A stretch of 64,000 nucleotides of DNA from Acidobacteriota bacterium (GCA_963663035.1 OY760074.1:896001-960000); one strand, 5' to 3'. Counted from the first letter of the stretch, positions 19,218 through 28,930 are shown. The notes: generated from the letters alone by a model not told the origin. Program-made: numbers and translations.

Positions 19218-19940
19218 TTAGTGAGTTACACTGGCGAAAACCAGGAACTGGAGGAGCCGGTTTTGATCCTGCGCTTCGTACTGCAGGAAGGCCATAGCGA
19301 CGGAGTGGAGGTATCCTCCTCCACCGTCGACCCGGTTTGATCGCAAAACCCACCCCACGGCATCGACTTCACGCGAAGGGCTGAACTGGAGTTTCACCGC
19401 CAGTTTGTCACCTACGTTCAAAGGAAGATCGGTTTCAAATGCCAATCCGCCAACACTGATATCCTTGGTCCTGCCTCTACAAGTCGCACCGGCCAGTTGG
19501 GAGTCGGCTGATTCGATGACGGTGCCAGACAAGGGGATTCGTGCGGGTACCCTAAAAGATGTCCTGCGCTGCACCGTCACTCCGGCGCTCCCTAACTTCA
19601 GTTTCATCTGCTTCTTTGTCTTTCCAGTGCCCCGGACAACCTTTGCCTCCCAGTAGTAGGCAATGGACCCCTCAGCCCAGTATTTGATCCGAACCTGTTG
19701 CCCTCTTTTAAAAGGGACCGAGGCCAGTCGGACCAGGTTTATGGAGAGCTCTTCATCTGAGCGACCTGTAACAGTGGCCGCCACCTCTCCTTGTGATTTC
19801 ACATGGAGGGAAATCACTTCCCCTTCCTTGGGGTAATGACCGGAGCCCTGGCCAGGTTCTAAGGTTTGAGTAGGCGCACTAGCGTCCTGATGTTCTTCTA
19901 GATTCATGGTTTGTTCCTCTCCTCGGTTTCCTACAAGCAC
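19218..19940 (-). CDS. PilZ-domain (flagellar-brake-like) c-di-GMP receptor
   Basis: QRRTSFR (RxxxR) and DISVGG (DxSxxG) motifs; the start may be ATG 19907. Confidence 0.88.
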   Translation of the reverse strand: MLVGNRGEEQTMNLEEHQDASAPTQTLEPGQGSGHYPKEGEVISLHVKSQGEVAATVTGRSDEELSINLVRLASVPFKRGQQVRIKYWAEGSIAYYWEAKVVRGTGKTKKQMKLKLGSAGVTVQRRTSFRVPARIPLSGTVIESADSQLAGATCRGRTKDISVGGLAFETDLPLNVGDKLAVKLQFSPSREVDAVGWVLRSNRVDGGGGYLHSVAMAFLQYEAQDQNRLLQFLVFASVTH

Positions 19941-20179
19941 GAACGGGGCCCATTTCTGTAGAATCAGCTAAATCAATGAAAGACTGTAACTTACGGACTT
20001 CAAGCCATCACTCTTGAGAGCTGGTTCTGACAATTCCTGTCACGGAATCTGACGATTTTCGTGACATTTCCCGCCTCAAACACTGTGCCAACGGGTCTGT
20101 TTCTTTCCTCTTATTATAGCTCAGTAGTTGACGCCGAAGCAACTACAGATTTGGACTTGTAGGGGAAGCAGAAGAATCC

Positions 20180-20197
20180 TGGCGGAGAGGGCGGGAT
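20180..20197 (-). mobile_element. att-like duplicate of the tRNA-Ser(GGA) 3' end
   Basis: TGGCGGAGAGGGCGGGAT is identical to 22223-22240. Confidence 0.75.
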
Positions 20198-20333
20198 CCT
20201 TCTCCCAGATTCTCCACCAGTGAACGCACTCTGGCGTGGCTGGATCGCAGGGGACAAGGGGGCCCAATCTGGTTGCAGAAGTGGGTCCCCCTTGAGAGGC
20301 GACAAGGTCGCCAAAGCTTTGGCCCTGGGCCGA

Positions 20334-21017
20334 CTACGGTAGGTCTATTACTACGTCCTCGTCTTTGATCAATCTGACCAGGTCAATGGTCACAGAACCC
20401 TTGCCGATCAGAGCTTCGGCATAAGGGAAAGACGCTCCCGGGTCCAGACCCGTAACGCTGGTAGTGGTTCCGATCTGTGCCCAGACCTCGACGGTGTGGA
20501 CGCCAGATAGCTCAAGGCCGTAATAAAAGTTAAACGAGTTGGCATTCATGGTGTTCAGGAGCAGCCCAATTTCCTCTGGCTGCAGGATCTCAAAACAGGC
20601 CGGGTCGATGATCCCCGTAACCGGGTCAACGCACAGGCTCAGCAGCCCGCTAAACGTCGCCGTCAGTTCCTGGGTCCTTTTGCAGAAAACAACATGCCCA
20701 GGTTCCGCGTAATTAGGTGCGCCATCGACGGTAACCCAGACAACCACAGAGGCTTCAGCCGTGGTCGTGGTTTTGTTGCCCTTTTTGCTCTGAACCCGGG
20801 TTTCGGTCACGAGTCCGCATTCCACAGAAACGTCGATAAAGAGACCTTTCCCGGTGGGTGTTTTGATGGCTTGCGACAGAATGACCGTGGGGACATCCTC
20901 CTGGAGTGCATAGACATAGCCAATCCTCGCGGTGGCCTGTGCTGCAGGCTGGTTCTGCCCGAGCGCGGGAGCCACAATGAATGCAAGGATAGACACAACG
21001 AAGGTAAGTTTCTTCAT
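20334..21017 (-). CDS. Secreted hypothetical protein
   Basis: AAGGAG SD, signal peptide, 227 aa, 4 Cys. Confidence 0.8.
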   Translation of the reverse strand: MKKLTFVVSILAFIVAPALGQNQPAAQATARIGYVYALQEDVPTVILSQAIKTPTGKGLFIDVSVECGLVTETRVQSKKGNKTTTTAEASVVVWVTVDGAPNYAEPGHVVFCKRTQELTATFSGLLSLCVDPVTGIIDPACFEILQPEEIGLLLNTMNANSFNFYYGLELSGVHTVEVWAQIGTTTSVTGLDPGASFPYAEALIGKGSVTIDLVRLIKDEDVVIDLP

Positions 21018-21262
21018 TTTCTTTTCTCCTTTAATGTTGAAATGTGGCGGCCGCGTTTCTTACACGGTACCCTATTTCTGCTGGAAAAAGGTGTGACGTA
21101 GCGCACGACACCCGACTCATTTGAAAGCGAAACCGGCCTTTAGAGATACTCCTTGACAATGATTGACCTTAACTTGACAACCTCGTTTTGTTTATTCCAG
21201 TACAGTGATTCCCACGATCCACTCAAGGAGTTCTTGACACTGGAAAGAAGGAGGAGGGAAAT

Positions 21263-21490
21263 ATGCTGAATCGAGGAACGTGGGTGTCGGTAAATGGCGC
21301 AGTCGAGTTGCCATTCACTAGTGACTACCTGGAACTCAAGGCGGAGTTCATTGGTCCCCAAGGACGAATCGTGAAGAGTTTGGGCAGCCGAATTTACTGT
21401 GTGAAGCGAGATCGGTTCCGTGCTTCGACGGGTCACAAATTCGTGATTGATGAGAAGCAGGATGTGTATGTCAGAAGTCAGTTGCAATGA
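21263..21490 (+). CDS. Small hypothetical protein
   Basis: Strong SD (GGAGGAGGG), 75 aa, upstream of the SLT gene. Confidence 0.6.
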   Translation: MLNRGTWVSVNGAVELPFTSDYLELKAEFIGPQGRIVKSLGSRIYCVKRDRFRASTGHKFVIDEKQDVYVRSQLQ

Positions 21491-21548
21491 GCAAGATATA
21501 CAAGCTCTTTCGAAAGAGGGGATTAGTAGGTAGATCAGGAGTTATATC

Positions 21549-22205
21549 ATGAGGTTACAAGGGAAAAGAAAATTGTGGTTGGTAGCTCTTATCTTCGGAG
21601 TATTGGCTGGATTCGTCTTTATGATTTATCAAGCTTTTCAGCTGAGGGATCAAATAGTGGTTCTTAGCGAGCAGAATCAGATGCTCACAGAGAAAACCGA
21701 GCACTTAAGCTACGTCAACGATCTGGCAATCGAATTCTCAATGGACCCTGCAATTGTCACCTTAGTTGATCGCTACTCGCGGGAATACATGAGAAATGGT
21801 GAGGCTGAATGGAGGCTGGTGAGAACCCCGGAATTCATGAGCTATATTATGCTGTCTCTGATCTATGTGGAGTCAAAGGGCAATACCCATGCTATCGGTG
21901 ATGACGGCAAGGCTCGAGGCCTTACCCAGATATGGGTCTCGACGGCCAGGGAATATGGTAATGTGACAGCCGAACAGCTACACCGACCAGAAACGAATAT
22001 TTCTTTTGCCTTCAAACACTTCCAGCACTTGCTCCAAAAGTATCGCGGGAACCTTGCCCTGGCTCTCTACGCCTGGAATCGGGGACCAGGCCGGGTCGAC
22101 AGGCTTTTGGTTTACGGTGAGTCGCCCCAAAACGGCTATGCAAAGAAAGTCTACGAGGCCGCAATGGTGAGCAATCGAGACTTGTTGACTGGCAGCTCTC
22201 GATAA
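21549..22205 (+). CDS. Membrane-anchored lytic transglycosylase (SLT domain)
   Basis: TM helix plus coiled coil; VESKGN, ARGLTQI and ALYAWNRG motifs. Confidence 0.9.
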   Translation: MRLQGKRKLWLVALIFGVLAGFVFMIYQAFQLRDQIVVLSEQNQMLTEKTEHLSYVNDLAIEFSMDPAIVTLVDRYSREYMRNGEAEWRLVRTPEFMSYIMLSLIYVESKGNTHAIGDDGKARGLTQIWVSTAREYGNVTAEQLHRPETNISFAFKHFQHLLQKYRGNLALALYAWNRGPGRVDRLLVYGESPQNGYAKKVYEAAMVSNRDLLTGSSR

Positions 22206-22221
22206 TCAGCTTGACGCTATT

Positions 22222-22312
<91 letters not shown>

Positions 22313-22405
22313 ATGAGTATTCTTTTCGATGACTGTGCTAGTCTCCGCTAACGCGCTGCTGATTGTATGTCTCCAGACCTGGAACCTCAAGCCAGAAGGG
22401 CGAGC

Positions 22406-22441
22406 GGCCTAGCCGGGAGGAGGCATAAACCCGGCTAGGCC
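22406..22441. repeat. Collapsed type-A MITE (ends only), palindromic
   Basis: GGCCTAGCCGGG-AGGAGGCATAAA-CCCGGCTAGGCC. Confidence 0.6.
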
Positions 22442-22527
22442 TGAGATCTTTCCTCGCGGATTTTCCTCTTTAATACTTGCAATTGAAAGAAAAATAGTCT
22501 ATTACATGTATAGCAGAGAGGTGAGCA

Positions 22528-22929
22528 GTGACCAACGCAGATACCCTTCTGAGATTAATCAACCAACACCCCGAGGGTCTGGACGATGATGAGGTTTCCA
22601 AGGAAACCGGTGTCAAGCCCCGGCAGCAGGTTTACTACATTTGTACCCGCCTGGCAGCCGAGGGAAGAATTCGAAGGGTGTCGGTTCAAAAAGACGGGAA
22701 GCGACGGAAAATTCACAACTTTCCTGCCGGCGCTACACTTCCCACTTCGGCCATACCTCAGGCGGGAGCGAAAGAGGGAGAGGAGGGCCATTGGCGTAGA
22801 CGGTTATCCATGCTGGTGGCGGCTACTGGACGAGCTGAGATTGAGCTGCTGGATGAGGCCCTTTTGGATCTGGCCAAGAAGGTTCTGACCCAAGAGGTAG
22901 GAGGCCGCAAGAAGCCAAAACTCCTCTAG
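22528..22929 (+). CDS. Putative DNA-binding protein (wHTH plus RHH-like C-terminus)
   Basis: HPEGLDDDEVSKETGVKPRQQVYYICTRLAAEGRIRR; RRLSMLVAATGRAEIELLDEAL; GAGGTG SD. Confidence 0.65.
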   Translation: MTNADTLLRLINQHPEGLDDDEVSKETGVKPRQQVYYICTRLAAEGRIRRVSVQKDGKRRKIHNFPAGATLPTSAIPQAGAKEGEEGHWRRRLSMLVAATGRAEIELLDEALLDLAKKVLTQEVGGRKKPKLL

Positions 22930-22972
22930 CCCGGAGGATGCTTCATCCGGACTGGATCAGCGAAGCATGGGT

Positions 22973-24406
22973 TCAAGGCACCTGTGGCAACTCATGGTAA
23001 CTGATGGCCTTGGTAATAAAGAGAAGCGAATTCTGTGCTAAATCAGCTTCTCTGAGTTCCTCCAAGGGTCTTCCCTCCTTGTCGTAAAGAATCCTTACCA
23101 GTGGACGAAGTGAAAATTCCGGATTAATCGCCACTACCCGCCCCAGTTCTTTCGTATTCAAGAGGACGTATTCGTTGTAAGGGTAGAGAGAAAAGCTGTG
23201 CAACAGAGCCTTCACGATTTGATCGGAAAAACTGGTTGTATCGCCATGGGTTAACTCGTGGAGCAGCTCATATCCAGTCAAAGCGTTGCGGTAGGGACGA
23301 TCGTGGATACACGCTTCGAAGACATCCATCAAGCCGAGGATCTTCGCCTCCTGGCGAATCTCTCCTCCCTCCAGTCCCAGAGGAAATCCGCGTCCATCTT
23401 CTCGTTCGTACACCTGGCCTACAGTTTGGGCCAGCCAATCGTAGTCTCTATGCAAGTGCCCCAGAATTTTTGCGCCGTAAACCGGCCGCTGCCGTACTTG
23501 CGGGCTCACCTGACCCGCTTGATGGAGCAGTCGCTTGGGGAGCCATGCCACCCCAATCTCGTGTAAGAGTGCAGCCAGCCCCACCTGTATCTGATTTTTC
23601 TTCTTCAAGTTCAAAGTCTGCGCAAGACGGAGTGACAAAATGGCCACATTCACAGAGTGGGTGCTCACAGCGAATTCCTGTATCCTGTCGGTGGCCAACA
23701 GAAGGAGAGCGGAACTCTCGGAGACGGAGTCGAGGAGGCTTTTCACCAAGCCTTCTCCTCGTTTGATATCGGGTTTCTTCTTGGCCTCCACACGACGGAT
23801 CGAGTCCAAAACATAGGCAGTCGTGCTTCGGTACAGGCTGACCGTCTCCTTCTCAACCTCCTCTTCGAGCAGCCACTTGCCTTCTTGAATCTCGAGGGGC
23901 TGAAAATCTTCCAGCTCTTGCGCGGAAACTTGCTCCAGGAGCGAAGCTTCAACCAGAACATTCCCCTGGCGCAAACGCTGCGAAAGGATCAGGAGTAGAT
24001 TGCGGGCCACGATGGGGAAGGACTCAACAACGCGCCAGATGGTTTCTTCGTCCAGCACAAGCAGTTGGCAGTCCTCGTGAGCCACGACAAAGGCCGAGGC
24101 TGCCTGGCGATCAATGACAGACATTTCGCCGGCCACCTCCCCAGGGTCCAGTATGGCAATGGGGTTCAGCGTCAGTTTCTTCAGGTGAATGCGCAAACGA
24201 CCGGAGAGGAGCAGGTAGAGGAAATGATGGGGTCGCCCCGCACTGATCAGCACGTCGCCCGCATCTAACTCTTGTATCGGACAGTCCTTGAGCAGCTTCT
24301 GGACGGCTTTAAGGTCGACGCCCCTGAAGAGCGAGCCGTTTTGCTGTTGATGCTCTTCAAGGAGCTGCTTGAGCTTAGGTATTGTCTTAGGCATCGTCTT
24401 AGGCAT
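22973..24406 (-). CDS. Cyclic-nucleotide-binding plus degenerate HD-GYP domain protein
   Basis: cNMP fold (LYLLLSG...GEVAGEMS); HD-GYP-like THSVNV, LLHEIG, EREDGRGFP, DVFEA and RPYR motifs. Confidence 0.88.
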   Translation of the reverse strand: MPKTMPKTIPKLKQLLEEHQQQNGSLFRGVDLKAVQKLLKDCPIQELDAGDVLISAGRPHHFLYLLLSGRLRIHLKKLTLNPIAILDPGEVAGEMSVIDRQAASAFVVAHEDCQLLVLDEETIWRVVESFPIVARNLLLILSQRLRQGNVLVEASLLEQVSAQELEDFQPLEIQEGKWLLEEEVEKETVSLYRSTTAYVLDSIRRVEAKKKPDIKRGEGLVKSLLDSVSESSALLLLATDRIQEFAVSTHSVNVAILSLRLAQTLNLKKKNQIQVGLAALLHEIGVAWLPKRLLHQAGQVSPQVRQRPVYGAKILGHLHRDYDWLAQTVGQVYEREDGRGFPLGLEGGEIRQEAKILGLMDVFEACIHDRPYRNALTGYELLHELTHGDTTSFSDQIVKALLHSFSLYPYNEYVLLNTKELGRVVAINPEFSLRPLVRILYDKEGRPLEELREADLAQNSLLFITKAISYHELPQVP

Positions 24407-24517
24407 TGTCGGAAGTCGCTCTCTCTACAATCCTTTATTGTATCTAAGAAACGGGGCACTCAGGGAGTACTCAGTTGAGGATTGTATCCGGAGTGCCCCG
24501 AGAAAGCACCCCTACCA

Positions 24518-24725
24518 GCCGGGACTATCCATAAATTTTCTACTGCAGTGCCGCAATCATCCACGCTGACTGCGTTGTGCGACCCGCAAGCGGGTACCCC
24601 TCGGGCTCCTCGGCGTACTGCAAGAGTACGCCTGCGGAGCCCGACCCGTGGCGGGTACCTCTCGCACGCCTTGTCATCGCGGCGCCTGCGGCACTTCGTC
24701 ACGAAAACCTATGTTTAGGCCCGGC
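24518..24725. mobile_element. MITE-like element, end type A (degenerate)
   Basis: GCCGGGACTATCCATAAATTTTC...GAAAACCTATGTTTAGGCCCGGC; contains GACCCGCAAGCGGGTACCCC and GTAC-hairpin modules; lies next to the tRNA 3' end. Confidence 0.8.
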
Positions 24726-24735
24726 TGGGGCAGAT

Positions 24736-24828
24736 CGGAGGAGGTGGGATTCGAACCCACGTGCCCAGCTCATCACCGGACAACCCGATTTCGAGTCGGG
24801 CCCGTTACGTCCACTTCGGTACTCCTCC
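24736..24828 (-). tRNA. tRNA-Ser(CGA)
   Basis: GGAGGAGTACCGAAGTGG...CCCGA-CTCGAAA-TCGGG, long variable arm, GGTTCGAATCC; CCA not encoded. Confidence 0.96.
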
Positions 24829-24975
24829 ACATTCCAACAGGATTACAGCGAGCTGAAGGCGAGAAGTCAAGTCCGATGCAGGGCGCTGAAAATTGGGGCT
24901 TCGACCTGCAGATCAAGATGGTATAGTATACTTCGTTTGCTGGACATCCAGTGGGGGAGATTTTGCTCTTTCTGA

Positions 24976-25077
24976 CAGGTCTCGGGCCTGTGCAACATGC
25001 TCTTCGAACCATGTCAGGTCCGGAAGGAAGCAGCATTAAGAAGGTCAGCATGTGTGCCGCAGATCCCCCGGGACCTG
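24976..25077 (+). ncRNA. ffs: SRP RNA (4.5S)
   Basis: TCAGGTCCGGAAGGAAGCAGC helix-8 motif within a long hairpin, upstream of dnaX. Confidence 0.93.
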
Positions 25078-25160
25078 GCCATCCCGCGCTTGGCCAGGGA
25101 GCGAGCATGGGAATTCGCCGAATTTTCACACAGCTGTTGAGTTTTTTGGGTCATTGATCA

Positions 25161-26798
25161 ATGAGTTACCAGGTCCTGGCACGGAAATGGAGGCCCCAAC
25201 GCTTTGAAGAGGTGGTGGGACAGGAGATCGTCACCAAGACCCTGCAGAATGCCATCAAGAGCGAGCGAATTGCCCATGCCTTCCTCTTTTCAGGAATTCG
25301 TGGCGTGGGGAAGACCACCACAGCACGCATCCTGGCCAAAGGGTTAAATTGCCAGGAAGGTCCTACACCATCTCCTTGCGGGGAGTGTGTCTCCTGCCGA
25401 GAGATCGCGGAGACCAACAGTATCGATGTGCTGGAGATCGACGCCGCCTCGAATACGGGTGTCGATAATATCCGGGAGCTTCGGGAGAGTACCCGCTATG
25501 GCACGGCCCGCGACCGTTTCAAAATTTTCATCATCGACGAAGCTCACATGCTCTCCAATGCTGCTTTCAATGCCCTCTTGAAGACCCTGGAGGAGCCTCC
25601 GCCGCATGTGAAGTTCATCCTGGCCACGACCGAGTATCCCAAGATCCCGGGGACCATCACTTCCCGCTGTCAACAGTTCGATTTCAAACCCATTCCTTTC
25701 TCCCAGATCTTCGATCGATTGAAACTGCTTTCCCGGGAGGAGGGAATCGAGATCAGTGAGTATTCCCTGAGAGCCGTCGTTTCTGCTGCCCAGGGGAGCT
25801 TGCGCGATGCCCAGTCGGCGCTGGATCAAATCATCGCCTTCAGCGGCAAAGAGATCCTTGACGAAGATGTTCGGAGCTTGCTGGGTGTGGTGGACGAGCA
25901 AGCCGTCATCGCTCTGGTAGACGCTATCCTTCAGCGTGACGCCAAGAGTCTGGTTGAACAGGTACAGGAGTTGACGACCTCCGGAGTGGATCCGCAGAAC
26001 TTTTGTCGAAAACTGATTCAGCATGTGAGAAATCTCATGGTGTGCCGAGTGTCGGGATGGGATGAGCGTCTTTTGAATCTCCCCGACACGGCAAAGAGCG
26101 AGATTCTCAATCAAGCAGAGCAGTTTTCCGAACTCGACCTGATTCGTTTCTACGACCTTTTGAACCGCACCGATAATGAGCTTCGCTGGCATTCCCATCC
26201 CGCTGTGCACCTGGAGATGACCCTCATGAAGCTGATTGAGCTCGTTCAGCTGCCGAGTCTGGAAGAAGTGGTGGCCAAACTGGAGTCAGGCAAGACACTC
26301 GGCAAGTCATCCCCACAGGTCAGTCCAGCTCAATCCTCCAAGTCAGAGAAGCCCCTTGAAACGAGCAGCAAGGGCTCTCAAGTCGAAGAAGAGAAGGGCA
26401 GCCAGTTGGGAGAATCTCCTGAAGCTGAAAAGGCGAAAGATGTGGAGACTCCAGCTGAAAACCAGGTGTTTGCTCATCTGTTGTCAGCTGTCCAGATGGA
26501 GAGTCTTCCCCTTTACTCTTCGTTACAGCACGCCTCCCAAGCGACCTTTCAGGACGGGAAACTGTCTATCCTGTTCCCCCAGACTGAGTCCTTCCATCGC
26601 CAGTGTGTGCTCAAGTCAGACAATCAAGGTCGGCTCTCCCGACTGTGTGCTAAAATTACGGGATCGGTGCCAAAGATTGAAGTTCGATTAGATGAACCCC
26701 TCCAGGATCGATCCGATCCGACGGAAAATCCTAAGGTGAAGGCTTTTATTGAGACCTTCCCTGGCAAAGTCATTGTCGAGAAGGAAGCAGAGGATTAA
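25161..26798 (+). CDS. dnaX: DNA polymerase III subunit gamma/tau
   Basis: YQVLARKWRPQ, GVGKTT, EIDAAS and NALLKTLEEPP motifs. Confidence 0.98.
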   Translation: MSYQVLARKWRPQRFEEVVGQEIVTKTLQNAIKSERIAHAFLFSGIRGVGKTTTARILAKGLNCQEGPTPSPCGECVSCREIAETNSIDVLEIDAASNTGVDNIRELRESTRYGTARDRFKIFIIDEAHMLSNAAFNALLKTLEEPPPHVKFILATTEYPKIPGTITSRCQQFDFKPIPFSQIFDRLKLLSREEGIEISEYSLRAVVSAAQGSLRDAQSALDQIIAFSGKEILDEDVRSLLGVVDEQAVIALVDAILQRDAKSLVEQVQELTTSGVDPQNFCRKLIQHVRNLMVCRVSGWDERLLNLPDTAKSEILNQAEQFSELDLIRFYDLLNRTDNELRWHSHPAVHLEMTLMKLIELVQLPSLEEVVAKLESGKTLGKSSPQVSPAQSSKSEKPLETSSKGSQVEEEKGSQLGESPEAEKAKDVETPAENQVFAHLLSAVQMESLPLYSSLQHASQATFQDGKLSILFPQTESFHRQCVLKSDNQGRLSRLCAKITGSVPKIEVRLDEPLQDRSDPTENPKVKAFIETFPGKVIVEKEAED

Positions 26799-26804
26799 CT
26801 GCCA

Positions 26805-27098
26805 ATGAAAAATCTGCAAAAGCTGATGAAACAGGCTCAAAAGATGCAGGAGAGGCTGGACACGGAAATGGGGGATCTCCGGGTGGAGGCCAGCAGTGGT
26901 GGCGGAGTGGTGAACGTGACCATGGATGGGAAAAAAGGAGTTCTCTCCATCACCATAGAGCCGGAAGCAGTCGATGTGGATGACCTTGAGATGCTGCAGG
27001 ATCTCATTCTGGCTGCTGTGAACGAGGCGGGCCGAAAGGTGGATGAGGCCTTGAGTGATCGTGTCGGTGGCTTGACTCAGGGACTGGTGGGCGGCTGA
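26805..27098 (+). CDS. ybaB: YbaB/EbfC nucleoid-associated protein
   Basis: MKQAQKMQ...SGGG...LQDLILAAVNEA; synteny with dnaX and recR. Confidence 0.96.
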   Translation: MKNLQKLMKQAQKMQERLDTEMGDLRVEASSGGGVVNVTMDGKKGVLSITIEPEAVDVDDLEMLQDLILAAVNEAGRKVDEALSDRVGGLTQGLVGG

Positions 27099-27116
27099 GG
27101 ATCACAACCCGGGTCC

Positions 27117-27716
27117 ATGACAAATCAAGACAATCCCGTGCAGCGACTCATCCAGGAATTCAAGAAACTGCCGGGAATTGGAGCCAAATCAGCCCAGCGG
27201 CTGGTCTTTCACCTGATTCGCAGGCCGGATGAGGATTGTCAGAAGCTGGCCGAAGCCGTCTCCCAGTTAAAGGCGAGCCTGGTGCTGTGTTCCACCTGTC
27301 ATAACATCACCGAAGTGGATCCTTGCCGAATTTGCAGCAATTCGAACCGCGATCCGAAGGTCATTTGCGTGGTGGAGGAACCTTGCAATATCCTTTCCAT
27401 CGAAAAGACTGGCGTCTACAACGGCTACTATCACGTCCTGCACGGTGCCATTTCTCCCATTGATGGTATCGGCCCCGATGATCTCAAGCTGGAAAATCTG
27501 TACGAGCGACTCAAAGAGAATAATGTCGAGGAAGTGATTGTGGCAACCAATCCCACCAGCGAGGGCGAAGCCACGGCTCTCTATCTCTCGAAACTCATTA
27601 AGCCCCTGGATATTCAGCTCAGCCGAATCGCTTCGGGAATTCCGGTTGGCGCTGACCTGGAATATACAGATACCGTGACCCTCTCCCGTGCCCTGTCAGG
27701 AAGACAGAAGCTCTAA
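27117..27716 (+). CDS. recR: Recombination mediator RecR
   Basis: LPGIGAKSAQR, C4 zinc finger and Toprim ATNPTSEGEAT. Confidence 0.98.
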   Translation: MTNQDNPVQRLIQEFKKLPGIGAKSAQRLVFHLIRRPDEDCQKLAEAVSQLKASLVLCSTCHNITEVDPCRICSNSNRDPKVICVVEEPCNILSIEKTGVYNGYYHVLHGAISPIDGIGPDDLKLENLYERLKENNVEEVIVATNPTSEGEATALYLSKLIKPLDIQLSRIASGIPVGADLEYTDTVTLSRALSGRQKL

Positions 27717-27719
27717 AGA

Positions 27720-27780
27720 AGGAGGCAGGAGGTAGGAGGCAGGAGGCAGGAGGTAGGAGTCGACTGTCAGGTGTCAGCTG
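27720..27780 (+). repeat. Composite heptamer cassette, short copy
   Basis: (AGGAGGY)5-AGGAGTC-...-GTCAGGT-GTCAGCTG. Confidence 0.85.
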
Positions 27781-28258
27781 TTCCGTGAGCAGTGCGCTCT
27801 TGGAGGATATTGACTGCATGAGGAAGGACTGGGAGTACAGCCTGGAGAGATTCAGCAGCTCCTTTAGGGCTTCCTGGAAGGCTTAAGATCAGGGTTTGAT
27901 TGCGAGTCCCGGCCAGAGATCGTGAGAGAGCGGCAAACTCGGTGTTTTCGAGGCCGCGCAGCCGCATCAGTTCTGCCAGTCCAACGATTTCTTTCTCCAG
28001 CAGGGGCCTGATTGCCTCAGGAGTGACATCTCGAGGAGCAAGACCTGTTCCGCCTGTCGTGACCACCAGGTCGATCTGGGAATCCTGGCTGAGGTCCAGG
28101 ATTTTCTCCTGGATCAGAGAAAGCTCGTCGGGCACGATGTGGGTGCTCACAACCTCCCACTGGTTCTGGCTGAGCAGCTGTGAGAGTTTCAGTCCAGAAC
28201 TATCTTTCCTCTTCTTGTGATAGCAGCCGTCGCTGATGGTCACAACCGCAGCCTTCAC
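27767..28258 (-). CDS. MogA/MoaB molybdopterin adenylyltransferase
   Basis: TTGGTGLAPRDVTPEA and LPGSPKG motifs; GTG start overlaps the moaE stop. Confidence 0.93.
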   Translation of the reverse strand: MKAAVVTISDGCYHKKRKDSSGLKLSQLLSQNQWEVVSTHIVPDELSLIQEKILDLSQDSQIDLVVTTGGTGLAPRDVTPEAIRPLLEKEIVGLAELMRLRGLENTEFAALSRSLAGTRNQTLILSLPGSPKGAAESLQAVLPVLPHAVNILQERTAHGTADT

Positions 28259-28674
28259 TCTCCGTAGCCCTCGATCCACACTTCGCCGTCCTGGTAGTGC
28301 TCCTTTTTCCAGATCGGCACAGTTGTTTTTAAAGTGTCAATGGCAAAGCGACAAGCCTCAAAAGCATCTTGCCGATGAGCGGCGGAAACAGCGATGAATA
28401 CACTGCTCTCATCGATCTCCATCCGTCCTATGCGGTGGACGATGGCCATCCCGTTCAGGGGCCAGCGGTCCATTGCCTCAGCCCGAATCTTTTCCAGCTC
28501 CTTGGCGGCCATCTCGGGGAAGGCTTCGTAGTGAAGATGAGTGACTTGCTTTCCGCGAGCATGGTTGCGAACCGTGCCGTCGAAGGTGACGATGGCTCCT
28601 GATTCTGAGGAGGAAACAGATTTCACAATCTCTTCTCGCTCGATTTTACTCTCCACGATCTGGATCATGGTCAT
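28255..28674 (-). CDS. moaE: Molybdopterin synthase large subunit
   Basis: GAIVTFDGTVRN, HRIG, AHR and PIWKKE motifs. Confidence 0.96.
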   Translation of the reverse strand: MTMIQIVESKIEREEIVKSVSSSESGAIVTFDGTVRNHARGKQVTHLHYEAFPEMAAKELEKIRAEAMDRWPLNGMAIVHRIGRMEIDESSVFIAVSAAHRQDAFEACRFAIDTLKTTVPIWKKEHYQDGEVWIEGYGE

Positions 28675-28913
28675 CCTCCACTCACCGGAGGGAACAATGA
28701 AAGTTCATCACCTGGAGAAACAAATGCGTCCAGGTTCGCATATTCCAGATTGATGGCAACCAACAGGATGGGTTGGTATTTCTTGAGTTCAGGAAAGCGG
28801 CTTTCCAACTGGTGAAAGACATCTCTGACTGAAGTCTTCTCCTCCAGTTGCACCTCCAGTTCCGAGTCCCCAATTAAGTCTTTCAGGGAGGCGAAAAAGC
28901 GCACTTTTAACAT
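28671..28913 (-). CDS. moaD: Molybdopterin synthase sulfur carrier subunit
   Basis: VRFFASL...FPPVSGG. Confidence 0.95.
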   Translation of the reverse strand: MLKVRFFASLKDLIGDSELEVQLEEKTSVRDVFHQLESRFPELKKYQPILLVAINLEYANLDAFVSPGDELSLFPPVSGG

Positions 28914-28930
28914 GTGGGCCTATTATACAA

